Shown here: positions 35,524-44,268 of the stretch, one piece after another
How positions within the stretch are numbered: position 1 is the first letter of the stretch
Layout of the letters: every line of letters begins with the position of its first letter
Sequence record: NC_019406.1
Length of the DNA: 64,000 nt
Direction: 5' to 3' (one strand)
Made by a program: the position numbers and the translations under genes
The notes under the pieces: model-generated
Database searches by the model: none
What the model was told of the DNA's origin: nothing
What the model saw: the letters and a program-made list of their open reading frames with translations, nothing else

Positions 35524-35705
35524 GGCTTCACCGGCGTGTAGTGGTAGCTGGTGTACTGGCTATCGCCGCCGGTCGTGCGGGTCAGCAAGCCGCGTTCAAC
35601 CAGATCGTCCGCCTCGCCGAGGTAGTCGGCGTTGTGATGCGAGTCGATGTAGAATGCGCCCGTCAGCATTTGCTTCTGGACGGTCGTGAGGTCTTCAGTG
35701 GTCAT
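35520..35705 (-). CDS. hypothetical protein
   Basis: 61 aa from an ATG overlapping the upstream TGA. Confidence 0.55.
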   Translation of the reverse strand: MTTEDLTTVQKQMLTGAFYIDSHHNADYLGEADDLVERGLLTRTTGGDSQYTSYHYTPVKP

Positions 35706-35896
35706 CGCAGTAGCGCCCACAGCAGCCAGCTTAACGAGGAGACCAGCGCCGCCAGTGTCCAGATGATGAACTTGATTCCGCCTCCGAAGGCGGTGAACCA
35801 AGGGTCATCATCCAGAAACGTCAGCCAGATAGCCACTCCGGCGGCGACCACGGTAATGATCAGCGGGAAGACCCACGTCTCGATATGAATGTCCAT
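35702..35896 (-). CDS. small membrane protein
   Basis: 64 aa, two TM helices, SD GGAGG. Confidence 0.7.
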   Translation of the reverse strand: MDIHIETWVFPLIITVVAAGVAIWLTFLDDDPWFTAFGGGIKFIIWTLAALVSSLSWLLWALLR

Positions 35897-35913
35897 GATC
35901 GCCGCCTCCAGGC

Positions 35914-36354
35914 TTAGAACGGGTCTTCGCCGGCAGCCTCGACGCGGGCGCTGGTCACCTTGGCGTCCTCGATCTCCAGCACGGCGCCATACGAGCGGCT
36001 CAGGTTGTCGCGGACGACCTGTTCGGCGCGATCCTGGGCTTCGACCAGCGTCAGGTTGTGCAGCGTGAACTGCATGCTGATCTCGCCTTCCTTGGCGGCG
36101 CCTTCTTCCTCGGTGAACGCGCGGAGATAGCTGCCGACCAGGGCGCCGGCGTCGTTGCGGGTGATGGTCAGCACGCCGCCCAGATAGTCAGCGGTCGCGG
36201 ACTTGGCCTTGGTATCGACAGTCCAGGCCGACTGCGAGATGTGCGGCTTCTTGCTGTCGGTAGTCACAGTGGCCTTGCCGTGGATCGGCGCCGGCTTGGC
36301 GATCGGCGCGGTTTCGACGGCGACCTCGGCCGCCTTGGTGTCATTGGTGCTCAT
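35914..36354 (-). CDS. hypothetical protein
   Basis: 146 aa with SD GAGGA. Confidence 0.7.
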   Translation of the reverse strand: MSTNDTKAAEVAVETAPIAKPAPIHGKATVTTDSKKPHISQSAWTVDTKAKSATADYLGGVLTITRNDAGALVGSYLRAFTEEEGAAKEGEISMQFTLHNLTLVEAQDRAEQVVRDNLSRSYGAVLEIEDAKVTSARVEAAGEDPF

Positions 36355-36365
36355 GGAGTCCTCGC

Positions 36366-37790
36366 TTACAGTTGAGCCGCGACGCGTTCGCGGATTTGGT
36401 TGAGAGTGTGGGCGTTGATGACCTCGGCGCCGTTATAGCGCGGCTCCAGAAGGTCAGCGATATCTTCGGCGTCATTGACGCGGTTGATGGTGTGGAACTC
36501 ACCTTCCTCGTCACGCAGCAGGGCGAATCGGCCGCGCTTCGATTGCTTGCCGGGATCGGTGATCGGGTCCTTGTAGATGTCGACGCGCTCGCCGTTGATC
36601 ACCATCTCCGAAGCCTTCATAGCCCAACGATTGGTATCGCGGTCCAGATCGGCGGTCATCAGCCCGCCGCCGGCGGCCGTGATGATGCTGTCCGGGGCGA
36701 TGCCCAGCGAGTCGGCGATCTCGAACGGCAGCATGTGCGTGTGTTCGTTCATGCCGTCGCCTTGCAGCACCTTGGCGCCGTACCGAATGACCTCGCGGCC
36801 CTTGCTGTTGCGGTCGGTGCCCAAGCCGTCGGCCAGGATTTGGATCACGCGCGGCAGGACGTCGCGCAGTTCGCCAGAGTCCGGACGAGCGACGAACGAG
36901 ATGCCCTTGTTGATGATCTCGTTTTGGTGATTGTTGACGGCCTTCTTGACGAACTCGAAGATGTTCCAGGTATCGCCGACGAGGCTCAGGATCGCGCCGG
37001 GATCGGTCGCGGCGATCGAGTTGGCGATGTAGTCGTCATCATTGTCGCGGCCGAACGAGCACGAGATCGAGTGCTCCGACGCCATGACCGAGAAGGCCGA
37101 CATCGGGTGGAAGTAGTAGTAGTTGGCTTCGCGCACCGCCGGGACGTTGTCCGAACCCTGGAAGTGGAACAGGTGAGCAATGCCGCCGATGACCGAATGG
37201 TCGTAGCCCATCGTGCCGCGCGACGAGAAATCAAGCAGAGCGAACGGCGACATCGGATTGTCGCTGTACTTGATCCAGTTGGCGTTGATGCGGCCGGTCA
37301 TCTCGAAGATGCGCGTGGCGATCGTGCAGGCCGTCCACAGGTCACGCAGGATCATCGTTTCGAGATAGCTGGTCAGCCAGGGCAGGCGCGGGTCCAGGTT
37401 CTCGATCGAGAACAGGGCGTTCTTGACCGGCACCACGAGGCCTTCCGGAACCGCCTTGATCAGGACCGGCAACTTGCCGCCGTATTCGTTCAGGATGATC
37501 TCCCAACCATCGCGGTTGAACGGCAGGCCGTGCGCCGGGCAGAACTGCGCGATCTCTTCGATGTTGTCGCGGGTGATCGGCTGGCCCAGCTTGGAATAGA
37601 GCAGACGCTGGAGGCCCGCGAACATGACGCGGCCGTAGCGCCCTCCTCGACTCTCGATGTAGCTGTAGACGGTCGTGGTGCCTTCGCGATAAAGGCGCCA
37701 GTGGCCGAACTTGTAGCTGTCGGTGTCGGCGATCAGGTTATAGGCGAGCGGCGGCAGATAGCCGGGCAGATTATCGTGGTCGATGATCAT
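36366..37790 (-). CDS. nadV: nicotinamide phosphoribosyltransferase
   Basis: TDSYKFGH, ASEHS, RPDSG, QGDG, KDPITDPGKQSKRGR. Confidence 0.95.
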   Translation of the reverse strand: MIIDHDNLPGYLPPLAYNLIADTDSYKFGHWRLYREGTTTVYSYIESRGGRYGRVMFAGLQRLLYSKLGQPITRDNIEEIAQFCPAHGLPFNRDGWEIILNEYGGKLPVLIKAVPEGLVVPVKNALFSIENLDPRLPWLTSYLETMILRDLWTACTIATRIFEMTGRINANWIKYSDNPMSPFALLDFSSRGTMGYDHSVIGGIAHLFHFQGSDNVPAVREANYYYFHPMSAFSVMASEHSISCSFGRDNDDDYIANSIAATDPGAILSLVGDTWNIFEFVKKAVNNHQNEIINKGISFVARPDSGELRDVLPRVIQILADGLGTDRNSKGREVIRYGAKVLQGDGMNEHTHMLPFEIADSLGIAPDSIITAAGGGLMTADLDRDTNRWAMKASEMVINGERVDIYKDPITDPGKQSKRGRFALLRDEEGEFHTINRVNDAEDIADLLEPRYNGAEVINAHTLNQIRERVAAQL

Positions 37791-37799
37791 GGGAGACCC

Positions 37800-38942
37800 C
37801 TAGAAGCTGGCGTGATGGGTGAGCATGTAGTCGATGATGTGGGCGTGGTCCTCGAAGGTCTCCTGCGGACGGATTTCCGAAGTGGCCTTCCAGTATGCGT
37901 CCTTGGCGTCATCCATGCCCTGGACCGGCGGGAAGCCCAGGCCGACCGGCAGGTCGAACAAGTAGGCTTCAGTGATCAGGTGACCGCGACGCGAACGGTT
38001 CGGATCGTCGAAGCGCTCGCCTCGGCCCACGAGGTAGCCGATCAGCTTGCGGATCGCTTCGATCACGAAGTCAGGCATCTGAGGTTGCGGTAGGTTGTGC
38101 TGCTCCGCCTTCTTGCAAGCGGCGAGCCACGTGCGCAGGAAGCCCAGGTTCTCCGGCGTGATGAAGAGCCCGGTTTCCTCGATCACTTCGCGGGCCGCGC
38201 CCCACAGCGTCTTCTCGCCGGCGTTGAGGAAGCCGCCCGGCAGGCCGCACATCCCGGTGCCCTCGGGGCCGCCGCGTTCGATCATCAGGATATGGTCGCC
38301 GTAGCGCACGACGCCGTCGACGGTCTGGAACGGTCCCTCGCCCCACTTCTTGCGGTAGGCGATCTCGGCCGCCAACTGCTTCATCAGGTAGGCGTAGACC
38401 GGCTTGTCGCGGAACTTGCGCAGGAAGTCGACCGTGGGTCGCGGCACATCGCGCCAATCGACCTCGTCGCTCCACGAGTCGAAGTCGACGTGGCCCGAGA
38501 AGAAGGCGCGGCGAATAGCGGTCGCATTGGTGCCGCTGTCGGAGACCGGGATATAGTCGTACGCGGGAAACCACGTCAGGTACTCGCTGGTCGCATCGCG
38601 GATGTTGCCGACCAACGAGTAGCGAGGCCGCAGGGCGCTCGACGCCGAACGCATGACCATCTGGACTTGCTCGATCCAGGCCTTCTTGTTGTAAGGCGTG
38701 TCATCGAGCGGAGCGATGCGGATGCGGTGAGCCTCGTCCGGGAAGCGCTCAGCGATACATTGGCGCAGCACTTCCTCACGCTCTTCGAAGGTGAAGGGAT
38801 TGCGGGTGTCACGCGCCACGTTACGCGACCCGATCATCACCTGGACGATCTGCGCCTTCTCCAGACCCTTCTGGATGTTGCGCAAGTGTCCATCCTGGAC
38901 GCCCTGAAGGCGGCCGATGAACCCGGCGACGTCATATTTCAT
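37800..38942 (-). CDS. nadM: bifunctional NMN adenylyltransferase / Nudix hydrolase (NadM-Nudix)
   Basis: FIGRLQ, RNPFTFEER, NATAIR; Nudix box GGFLNAGEKTLWGAAREVIEETGL; FEDHAHII. Confidence 0.93.
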   Translation of the reverse strand: MKYDVAGFIGRLQGVQDGHLRNIQKGLEKAQIVQVMIGSRNVARDTRNPFTFEEREEVLRQCIAERFPDEAHRIRIAPLDDTPYNKKAWIEQVQMVMRSASSALRPRYSLVGNIRDATSEYLTWFPAYDYIPVSDSGTNATAIRRAFFSGHVDFDSWSDEVDWRDVPRPTVDFLRKFRDKPVYAYLMKQLAAEIAYRKKWGEGPFQTVDGVVRYGDHILMIERGGPEGTGMCGLPGGFLNAGEKTLWGAAREVIEETGLFITPENLGFLRTWLAACKKAEQHNLPQPQMPDFVIEAIRKLIGYLVGRGERFDDPNRSRRGHLITEAYLFDLPVGLGFPPVQGMDDAKDAYWKATSEIRPQETFEDHAHIIDYMLTHHASF

Positions 38943-38968
38943 GTCGGTGGAACGGGGTTGAGCGGGCA

Positions 38969-39358
38969 TCATTCGTCCGTGATTCGGCATTTGCGGCGAG
39001 GTGGTGAGCAGTGGTAGCCGTCGCGGCGACCTGTATAGCTGTAGCCGGTATCCCACTTGCAAAACCCGGCCAGAGTGATCTCAATCAGGCAATCCGCTTC
39101 TTCTTCGATCAGCGGCGAGCCTTCGCGCTTACTGCGGAGCACGGTGGTCAACTCGATCCCTTCACCCAGGACTGCACCATGGAACAGTTGCCGGCGCGCC
39201 CAGGCGATCGCTGCTCCGAAATGGGCGAAGCGCCGCGTACGTTCGTAATCTTCAATGCGTGCGACTTCCGAGGCATCTGCCATCTGGGGGTCCAGCCACT
39301 TCAAATCGAAGACAGGCCCAAGGGCCTCTTGCTTCGATTGTGCTTTCGACTTCGCCAA
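38969..39358 (-). CDS. hypothetical protein
   Basis: ORF below a TTGACA-N17-TAGGTT promoter; start uncertain. Confidence 0.5.
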   Translation of the reverse strand: MAKSKAQSKQEALGPVFDLKWLDPQMADASEVARIEDYERTRRFAHFGAAIAWARRQLFHGAVLGEGIELTTVLRSKREGSPLIEEEADCLIEITLAGFCKWDTGYSYTGRRDGYHCSPPRRKCRITDE

Positions 39359-39533
39359 CGCGGCGTCCCCACTGACTAGGCTGGATAACTTGGAGCGGAA
39401 CCTAGATGGCTCGGCGCCGGCTGTCAACTCTCGGCCTCGCCATTTTGGCCGGCATGTCAAAGTTGGTTGCATGATCGACCGGAGGTGGGCCGGCGGCAGC
39501 CGGTCACGAGCGCCGCCGAAGGCCAGCGAGTGA

Positions 39534-40301
39534 TCACGCGTGATCGAAAACGCGTGCCTCGAAGTTGCTCTCGATCTTCAGCCCCGCCGCCATGGCAAGG
39601 TCGATGATCTCCTCGCTCATGTGACGAGGGAAGTCACGCGAAGCCTGCCTGATTTCCGCAACGGTTCCTGGTCCCACGATCTGGCGGATTTGCCGCTCCA
39701 TCCGATCGAGGTTCTCGAATGTCTCGCACAGGCGGACCATGGTGCGCTCCAGGACACGCTCGGGAGAGACCCAAGAAACACCGTTAGGCAATCGGGGCGA
39801 GTTCTGACCACTGCGCCCATAGACGATGCGTACGTGCCGTCGCGCTTCATTGACCTCGGCGCCGAGGTCTTCGAGCGAGTGGTCCAAGGCCGAGCCGAGA
39901 TGCCAATCGAAGATCATGTCTTCGAGGCGACAGCCGAACTGCCAGAGCATCGCCATCGAGACCAGAAGCGACTTCACATCGGCCTCAGGGAGAGGGCAGT
40001 CTGCTAGACTGAGCAGCGCTTCGGCGCGCTCGAAGGCCGCCGACGCCACTGAAAGCATCCGATTGATCGGGCGCTTCATAGGGTGCAGATCGTCCCAAGC
40101 GTCGTAATTGAAGGGCTTATTCTCCTCGGAACGCAGGTAGGTATCGAACATCTGTTCCTGGTCACGCTTCACTGCGGCGCCGATGATGGATTTGAACATG
40201 GCCGAGTTACCCCAGGCGGACATGGCCTGTGCCGAAATGGCGGCTGCGGTAGACATCGACCCTAAGGCCGCTATCATCTGAGCGTTCTTGGACGTTTTCA
40301 T
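39534..40301 (-). CDS. hypothetical protein
   Basis: 255-aa ORF, GTGA overlap. Confidence 0.65.
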   Translation of the reverse strand: MKTSKNAQMIAALGSMSTAAAISAQAMSAWGNSAMFKSIIGAAVKRDQEQMFDTYLRSEENKPFNYDAWDDLHPMKRPINRMLSVASAAFERAEALLSLADCPLPEADVKSLLVSMAMLWQFGCRLEDMIFDWHLGSALDHSLEDLGAEVNEARRHVRIVYGRSGQNSPRLPNGVSWVSPERVLERTMVRLCETFENLDRMERQIRQIVGPGTVAEIRQASRDFPRHMSEEIIDLAMAAGLKIESNFEARVFDHA

Positions 40302-40558
40302 CGCACGGCGTGAAGCGGAAGGTTGTTGCTCAGTGGTAGGAAGAAGTCGACCTTGGGCGAAGCTCCACCGGCAATCGCCTTCGTCTCAGCGTCGAAGACC
40401 GAGGTCAGCGCCTCTTCCCGCGTCACGAAGACGCCGGCTGCATGCCCCTTGGCGCGGATCATCTCGGCGAGCAGTTCGCGCGCCATCACCAGCTTCTGAT
40501 CTTCCGTCATCCCCAACAACGTGCGGATATGGTGATCGCGGGCCGACAACTCAGACAT
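40298..40558 (-). CDS. hypothetical protein
   Basis: 86 aa with SD. Confidence 0.6.
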   Translation of the reverse strand: MSELSARDHHIRTLLGMTEDQKLVMARELLAEMIRAKGHAAGVFVTREEALTSVFDAETKAIAGGASPKVDFFLPLSNNLPLHAVR

Positions 40559-40895
40559 GGTGCTCTTTATCCTTGTAGATGATCAGGGCGCTGAGCGTGC
40601 TGTAGAGGCTCAGGAACTGGTCAAGGCTCTCCGTTTCGGCAACCCTGCACATGCCGCCGAAGAACTCGTCGGGTCGGCGTAACTCGGGCCACGTCTCCCA
40701 ATTGATCAGATCACTTTCGGTCACCCGAGAAGCGTCCAAGAAAATCTGGAAGATAGGATCGGTGAACCAGCAGTACGCGACCTGATCACCCTGCTGGATC
40801 GCCAGGATATTTCCGACACGCAAGATGCGGCCGTCCGCGCGCGTCATGTCGCAGCGGTATTCGGCTTCGTAGGAGGTGATCCTGAGGTGGCGCAC
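40551..40895 (-). CDS. hypothetical protein
   Basis: 114 aa in the operon. Confidence 0.6.
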   Translation of the reverse strand: MRHLRITSYEAEYRCDMTRADGRILRVGNILAIQQGDQVAYCWFTDPIFQIFLDASRVTESDLINWETWPELRRPDEFFGGMCRVAETESLDQFLSLYSTLSALIIYKDKEHHV

Positions 40896-40900
40896 CCGAA

Positions 40901-41392
40901 CTAGGCCTTCTTCCAGTTTAGCAGGCGGTAGACGCTGTTGCGCGTGCGGATGATGCCCTTATCGTCGGGGCCAGCGAGGATGTAGCTGGTCGTGATGATC
41001 TCGCCGCGCCGGAAGCGCCCCTTGCGATCCTCGCTGACCAGGACGCCGCGCGCGATGTTGTACTTGTCGACCTTGAAGATCGTCGCGCGATCCAGTTCAC
41101 CGTCGACTTCCAGGGTGAGATCGACGACATGCGGACCCCAAAGGTCGCGCGACGTATAGATCGTCGCCTTGCGGTTCAGGTTGAGACGTTCGATGAACGT
41201 GGGCCACCAGGGTTGCAGGCTGTAGATGAAGTAGAGGTTGTTCACCTCCGTATCGGTCAGCGCGTCGCCCGGTGTGAAATCGATGGACACGTGGTGCCAC
41301 GCGATCGTGTTGTCCTCGTCCGAGAGGAAGGCGCGATATAGGGGCCGTTGGCGGTCGAACGCGGGCGCTTCGGGGCTGGTGTCGTAAGGCAT
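40901..41392 (-). CDS. hypothetical protein
   Basis: 163 aa; C-terminal DRKGRFRRGEIITTSYI...IIRTRNSVYRL phage motif. Confidence 0.7.
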   Translation of the reverse strand: MPYDTSPEAPAFDRQRPLYRAFLSDEDNTIAWHHVSIDFTPGDALTDTEVNNLYFIYSLQPWWPTFIERLNLNRKATIYTSRDLWGPHVVDLTLEVDGELDRATIFKVDKYNIARGVLVSEDRKGRFRRGEIITTSYILAGPDDKGIIRTRNSVYRLLNWKKA

Positions 41393-41404
41393 CTTGGTCT
41401 CGAT

Positions 41405-41647
41405 TTAAGGCTTGGGTTTGTACTCGTCCCAGAACTGCGAGGTGTCCATGAACAGGAATCCATGAAGCACCCGCAGCCAGTCATGGACTTCCGACGGCGG
41501 ACCACCTGGAGCCACACCGCCGTAATAGGCGCAGTAGCAAGGTCCGGGGCCTGCTCCGATACAATCCTCACAATCGTAGGATGGCCAGCCCAGCCGATCC
41601 AACCAAAGGAAGATTGCCCAGAAGAGGCGCGAGCGTCGGAAGCCCAT
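41405..41647 (-). CDS. small Cys-rich hypothetical protein
   Basis: CEDCIG...CYCAYYG. Confidence 0.6.
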   Translation of the reverse strand: MGFRRSRLFWAIFLWLDRLGWPSYDCEDCIGAGPGPCYCAYYGGVAPGGPPSEVHDWLRVLHGFLFMDTSQFWDEYKPKP

Positions 41648-41653
41648 CTGCGG

Positions 41654-42076
41654 TTACTCAGGGGAGGCTTCGGCGGCCGGGGCTTCCGGAGCAGCTTCAG
41701 CCGCCTGGGCGCCGCGCCCACGCGGAGCCTTCGCAGCCGGGGCGGCTTCCGCAGCCGGCTTCACATCTTCGGCGACGCCGGCCTGGACTTGATCGACGGC
41801 TTCGATCGCCTCGAAGGCGACTTCGAACGCATCCGGCTTGACGACCGACAGGATGGCCGGCGAGAAGGTCTCGTCCAGCACCAGCCATTCGCCGGCTTCG
41901 GCGTTCTGGGTGACGCCCGACTTGGTCGGCACCAGGAGCACGCCTAGGCTGTCGACGACCGGCGTCTCCCCCGTCGGCGTGAAGACGCGGAACTCTTGCA
42001 GCCATTGGGGCTTCTGGGCGCCGGGCTGGTATTGCCACGCCTTCACGGGCGTGGACTTGCGGCGGTATTCGGTCAT
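41654..42076 (-). CDS. conserved phage hypothetical protein
   Basis: YRRKSTPVKAWQY N-terminus and Ala/Pro/Glu-rich tail. Confidence 0.7.
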   Translation of the reverse strand: MTEYRRKSTPVKAWQYQPGAQKPQWLQEFRVFTPTGETPVVDSLGVLLVPTKSGVTQNAEAGEWLVLDETFSPAILSVVKPDAFEVAFEAIEAVDQVQAGVAEDVKPAAEAAPAAKAPRGRGAQAAEAAPEAPAAEASPE

Positions 42077-42102
42077 GGGAACTCCGTTGTGACCTGAGTG
42101 GA

Positions 42103-43026
42103 TTAGGTAGCCAGAAGCGAAGGCGACTGGATCGTCTGGGCATAGCGTTCGATCGCGCCGGAGATGCGGTCACGAAGCTCCTGCGGTTCGAAACGCCGGG
42201 AGGGTCCGTGCATCTCCAGCAGGCGCATGGCGCCAGTGAGGAGACGCACCCGCATCGCCGCCGAGACGTAGATACCGACGTTGTCGTCGAAGTCGATGAT
42301 CTCGTCGAGGTACATCGGTCCCTGCGGCGAGTTGAATTCGATGCAAGCCTCGATGTTGGCGATGCGATCGGCGACCTTGACCGGCGCCGCCTTGGGCAGG
42401 TCTGCGATTTTCGCGTACTGCTGCTTATTGCGGGCCTTGCGGTTCTGCTTGACGCCGTCGATGTACATCTCGCCAGTGACGGCCCAGACCAAGTCTTCGA
42501 TCTCGTCACCATAGCGGGCGCGAACACGGACGCGGCGCGATACCATCGCTTCGTCTTCCCAGCAGTCCTCTTCCACGTCATGGAGCCAGCCCACGACGAG
42601 GTAGCGCCAGCCGGCATCGAAGTCGCGCAGCACTTGGACGACCTTGCCCAGGTGATAGCCGTGCCGCAACTTACGCGCCTCGTCGTACCATTGCTCACCG
42701 TGGTGCATGACGGCGAAACGGCGCGCGTCTTCGATGATGTGCGTACCGTCGGTGTGATACGTCTCCTGTTCGCCCGTATCCGGATCGATGAAGTACATCA
42801 TCGGCAGGCCGCTGAGACGAATCGGGTGATGCGTCTTGCCCGAGGCGATCGAGAACCAAACCTCGCCGGTACGTGCGACTTCAGCCGCCTCCTCGGGGGT
42901 CAGCTTCCAGCACGAGATGTTCTCGATACCGTTGCCGTGGACGTAGAGAGGCCGCACATGGTCCTCGGTGCCCGGCGCCGGATTGAGCACCTTGTTCCAG
43001 CCGCAGAAGTCGATGGGGTCCGCCAT
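42103..43026 (-). CDS. HD-domain (SpoT/Mesh1-like) hydrolase with an extra N-terminal domain
   Basis: FAVMHHGEQ, YHLGKV, WLHDVEED, VKVADRIAN. Confidence 0.85.
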   Translation of the reverse strand: MADPIDFCGWNKVLNPAPGTEDHVRPLYVHGNGIENISCWKLTPEEAAEVARTGEVWFSIASGKTHHPIRLSGLPMMYFIDPDTGEQETYHTDGTHIIEDARRFAVMHHGEQWYDEARKLRHGYHLGKVVQVLRDFDAGWRYLVVGWLHDVEEDCWEDEAMVSRRVRVRARYGDEIEDLVWAVTGEMYIDGVKQNRKARNKQQYAKIADLPKAAPVKVADRIANIEACIEFNSPQGPMYLDEIIDFDDNVGIYVSAAMRVRLLTGAMRLLEMHGPSRRFEPQELRDRISGAIERYAQTIQSPSLLAT

Positions 43027-43577
43027 CAGAGCGCCTTTCGCATCGCCAGCACCTCGTCCAGGTGCAAAGGCGTGAAGTTAGTCTGCTCGACACAGACGTT
43101 GATGTAGCGTGGGTCCGTCTTGTTCATCAGACGGGGCCAGCGCGGGTGGGGCACCTTCTTGGCGTGGAGATGCCCGTGAACATTCCACCCGAAGCGGTCG
43201 ACTTCCGACGTGTGGATCGGCACGTGCGTCAGAGCCAGTCGGTGTTCTGGCATCACTCGGATGCCGTAGACCTCCTTAAAATACTCCAGGTATTCCGTGG
43301 TCTTGAAGACGTCGTGGTTGCCCCGGATCAGGCGCTTACTGCCGTTGAGGCGGCCGACCAGATGCAGGTTGCGTTTCGTGATGACGATGTCGCCCAGCAG
43401 GTACGCCTTGTCCTGTGGCTTCACCAGGGCGTTCCAGCGGGAGATGATCGCTTCGTTCATCTCATCGGCGTTCGCAAACGGCCGCAGCGGCGTAACGCCG
43501 TCGGGCATCTTGAACTCGGTACAGGTCTTCTCGTGACCCAGATGCAGGTCGGACAGGAACCAGATGTCAGCCGGCAT
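43026..43577 (-). CDS. calcineurin-like phosphoesterase
   Basis: SDLHLGH, LGD, GNHD, THVP, HGHLH. Confidence 0.9.
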   Translation of the reverse strand: MPADIWFLSDLHLGHEKTCTEFKMPDGVTPLRPFANADEMNEAIISRWNALVKPQDKAYLLGDIVITKRNLHLVGRLNGSKRLIRGNHDVFKTTEYLEYFKEVYGIRVMPEHRLALTHVPIHTSEVDRFGWNVHGHLHAKKVPHPRWPRLMNKTDPRYINVCVEQTNFTPLHLDEVLAMRKAL

Positions 43578-43840
43578 CAGTCACCTCCACCGCCGCCATC
43601 GCAGGCTCCGGCATCACCACCACCCGAGCAGGAACTGCCCGAATGACTACCGCCGGACCAGCCGCCATCGGCGAACATGTAGGCCCAGCCACCATCTCCG
43701 CCCGACGATGAGCCGCTTCCGCCACCACGGCGCGCGCCGCGCCGATCATGCTGGTCGTCGAGAGCCTGAAGCTTCGAGACGCCCCAGATGAGGAAAGCAG
43801 CGATCAACAAAACGCCGACAATGATCAAAGGCGTGGGCAT
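43577..43840 (-). CDS. small membrane protein with a Gly/Ser/Asp-rich tail
   Basis: N-terminal TM helix, C-terminal GGGDAGACDGGGGGD. Confidence 0.65.
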   Translation of the reverse strand: MPTPLIIVGVLLIAAFLIWGVSKLQALDDQHDRRGARRGGGSGSSSGGDGGWAYMFADGGWSGGSHSGSSCSGGGDAGACDGGGGGD

Positions 43841-43854
43841 TGGTTCTCCTTGGG

Positions 43855-44244
43855 CTAGATCAGCCCGAACTTGATCTTTTCGTCGTCCTTGCGCCGGCAG
43901 GCGTCGGGGTCGAGTGCATGGATACGGTTGAGGGTGTCGGTCAGACAGGAGTCGACCGACAAGCCCAGGTTCTCCGCCAGGATCAGCAGACTGATCGCCA
44001 GATCACCCACTTCACCCCTGGTCTCACCGGCCTTCTTGGCGGAGACGTATGCGGCGACGAGGACGAAATCGGCTTCGGTCAAACCTTGGGTCTGGCCCAA
44101 CTCCATCGCCTCCTCTACGAGGCGAAGCGCCTGATAGCGGGAACCGAGGGCACGGTTCCCGTAAGTGTCCAGAGCCCACTGGTAGGCGGTCTCCTGACGC
44201 TTACGAAGCCGATCGTGAACGATCTGCGCTACACCCTCAGACAT
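43855..44244 (-). CDS. MazG-like nucleotide pyrophosphohydrolase
   Basis: RLVEEAMELGQ...GEVGDL; similar to 12012..12380. Confidence 0.65.
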   Translation of the reverse strand: MSEGVAQIVHDRLRKRQETAYQWALDTYGNRALGSRYQALRLVEEAMELGQTQGLTEADFVLVAAYVSAKKAGETRGEVGDLAISLLILAENLGLSVDSCLTDTLNRIHALDPDACRRKDDEKIKFGLI

Positions 44245-44268
44245 TACTTCGTCCCCCACAAACGGAGC

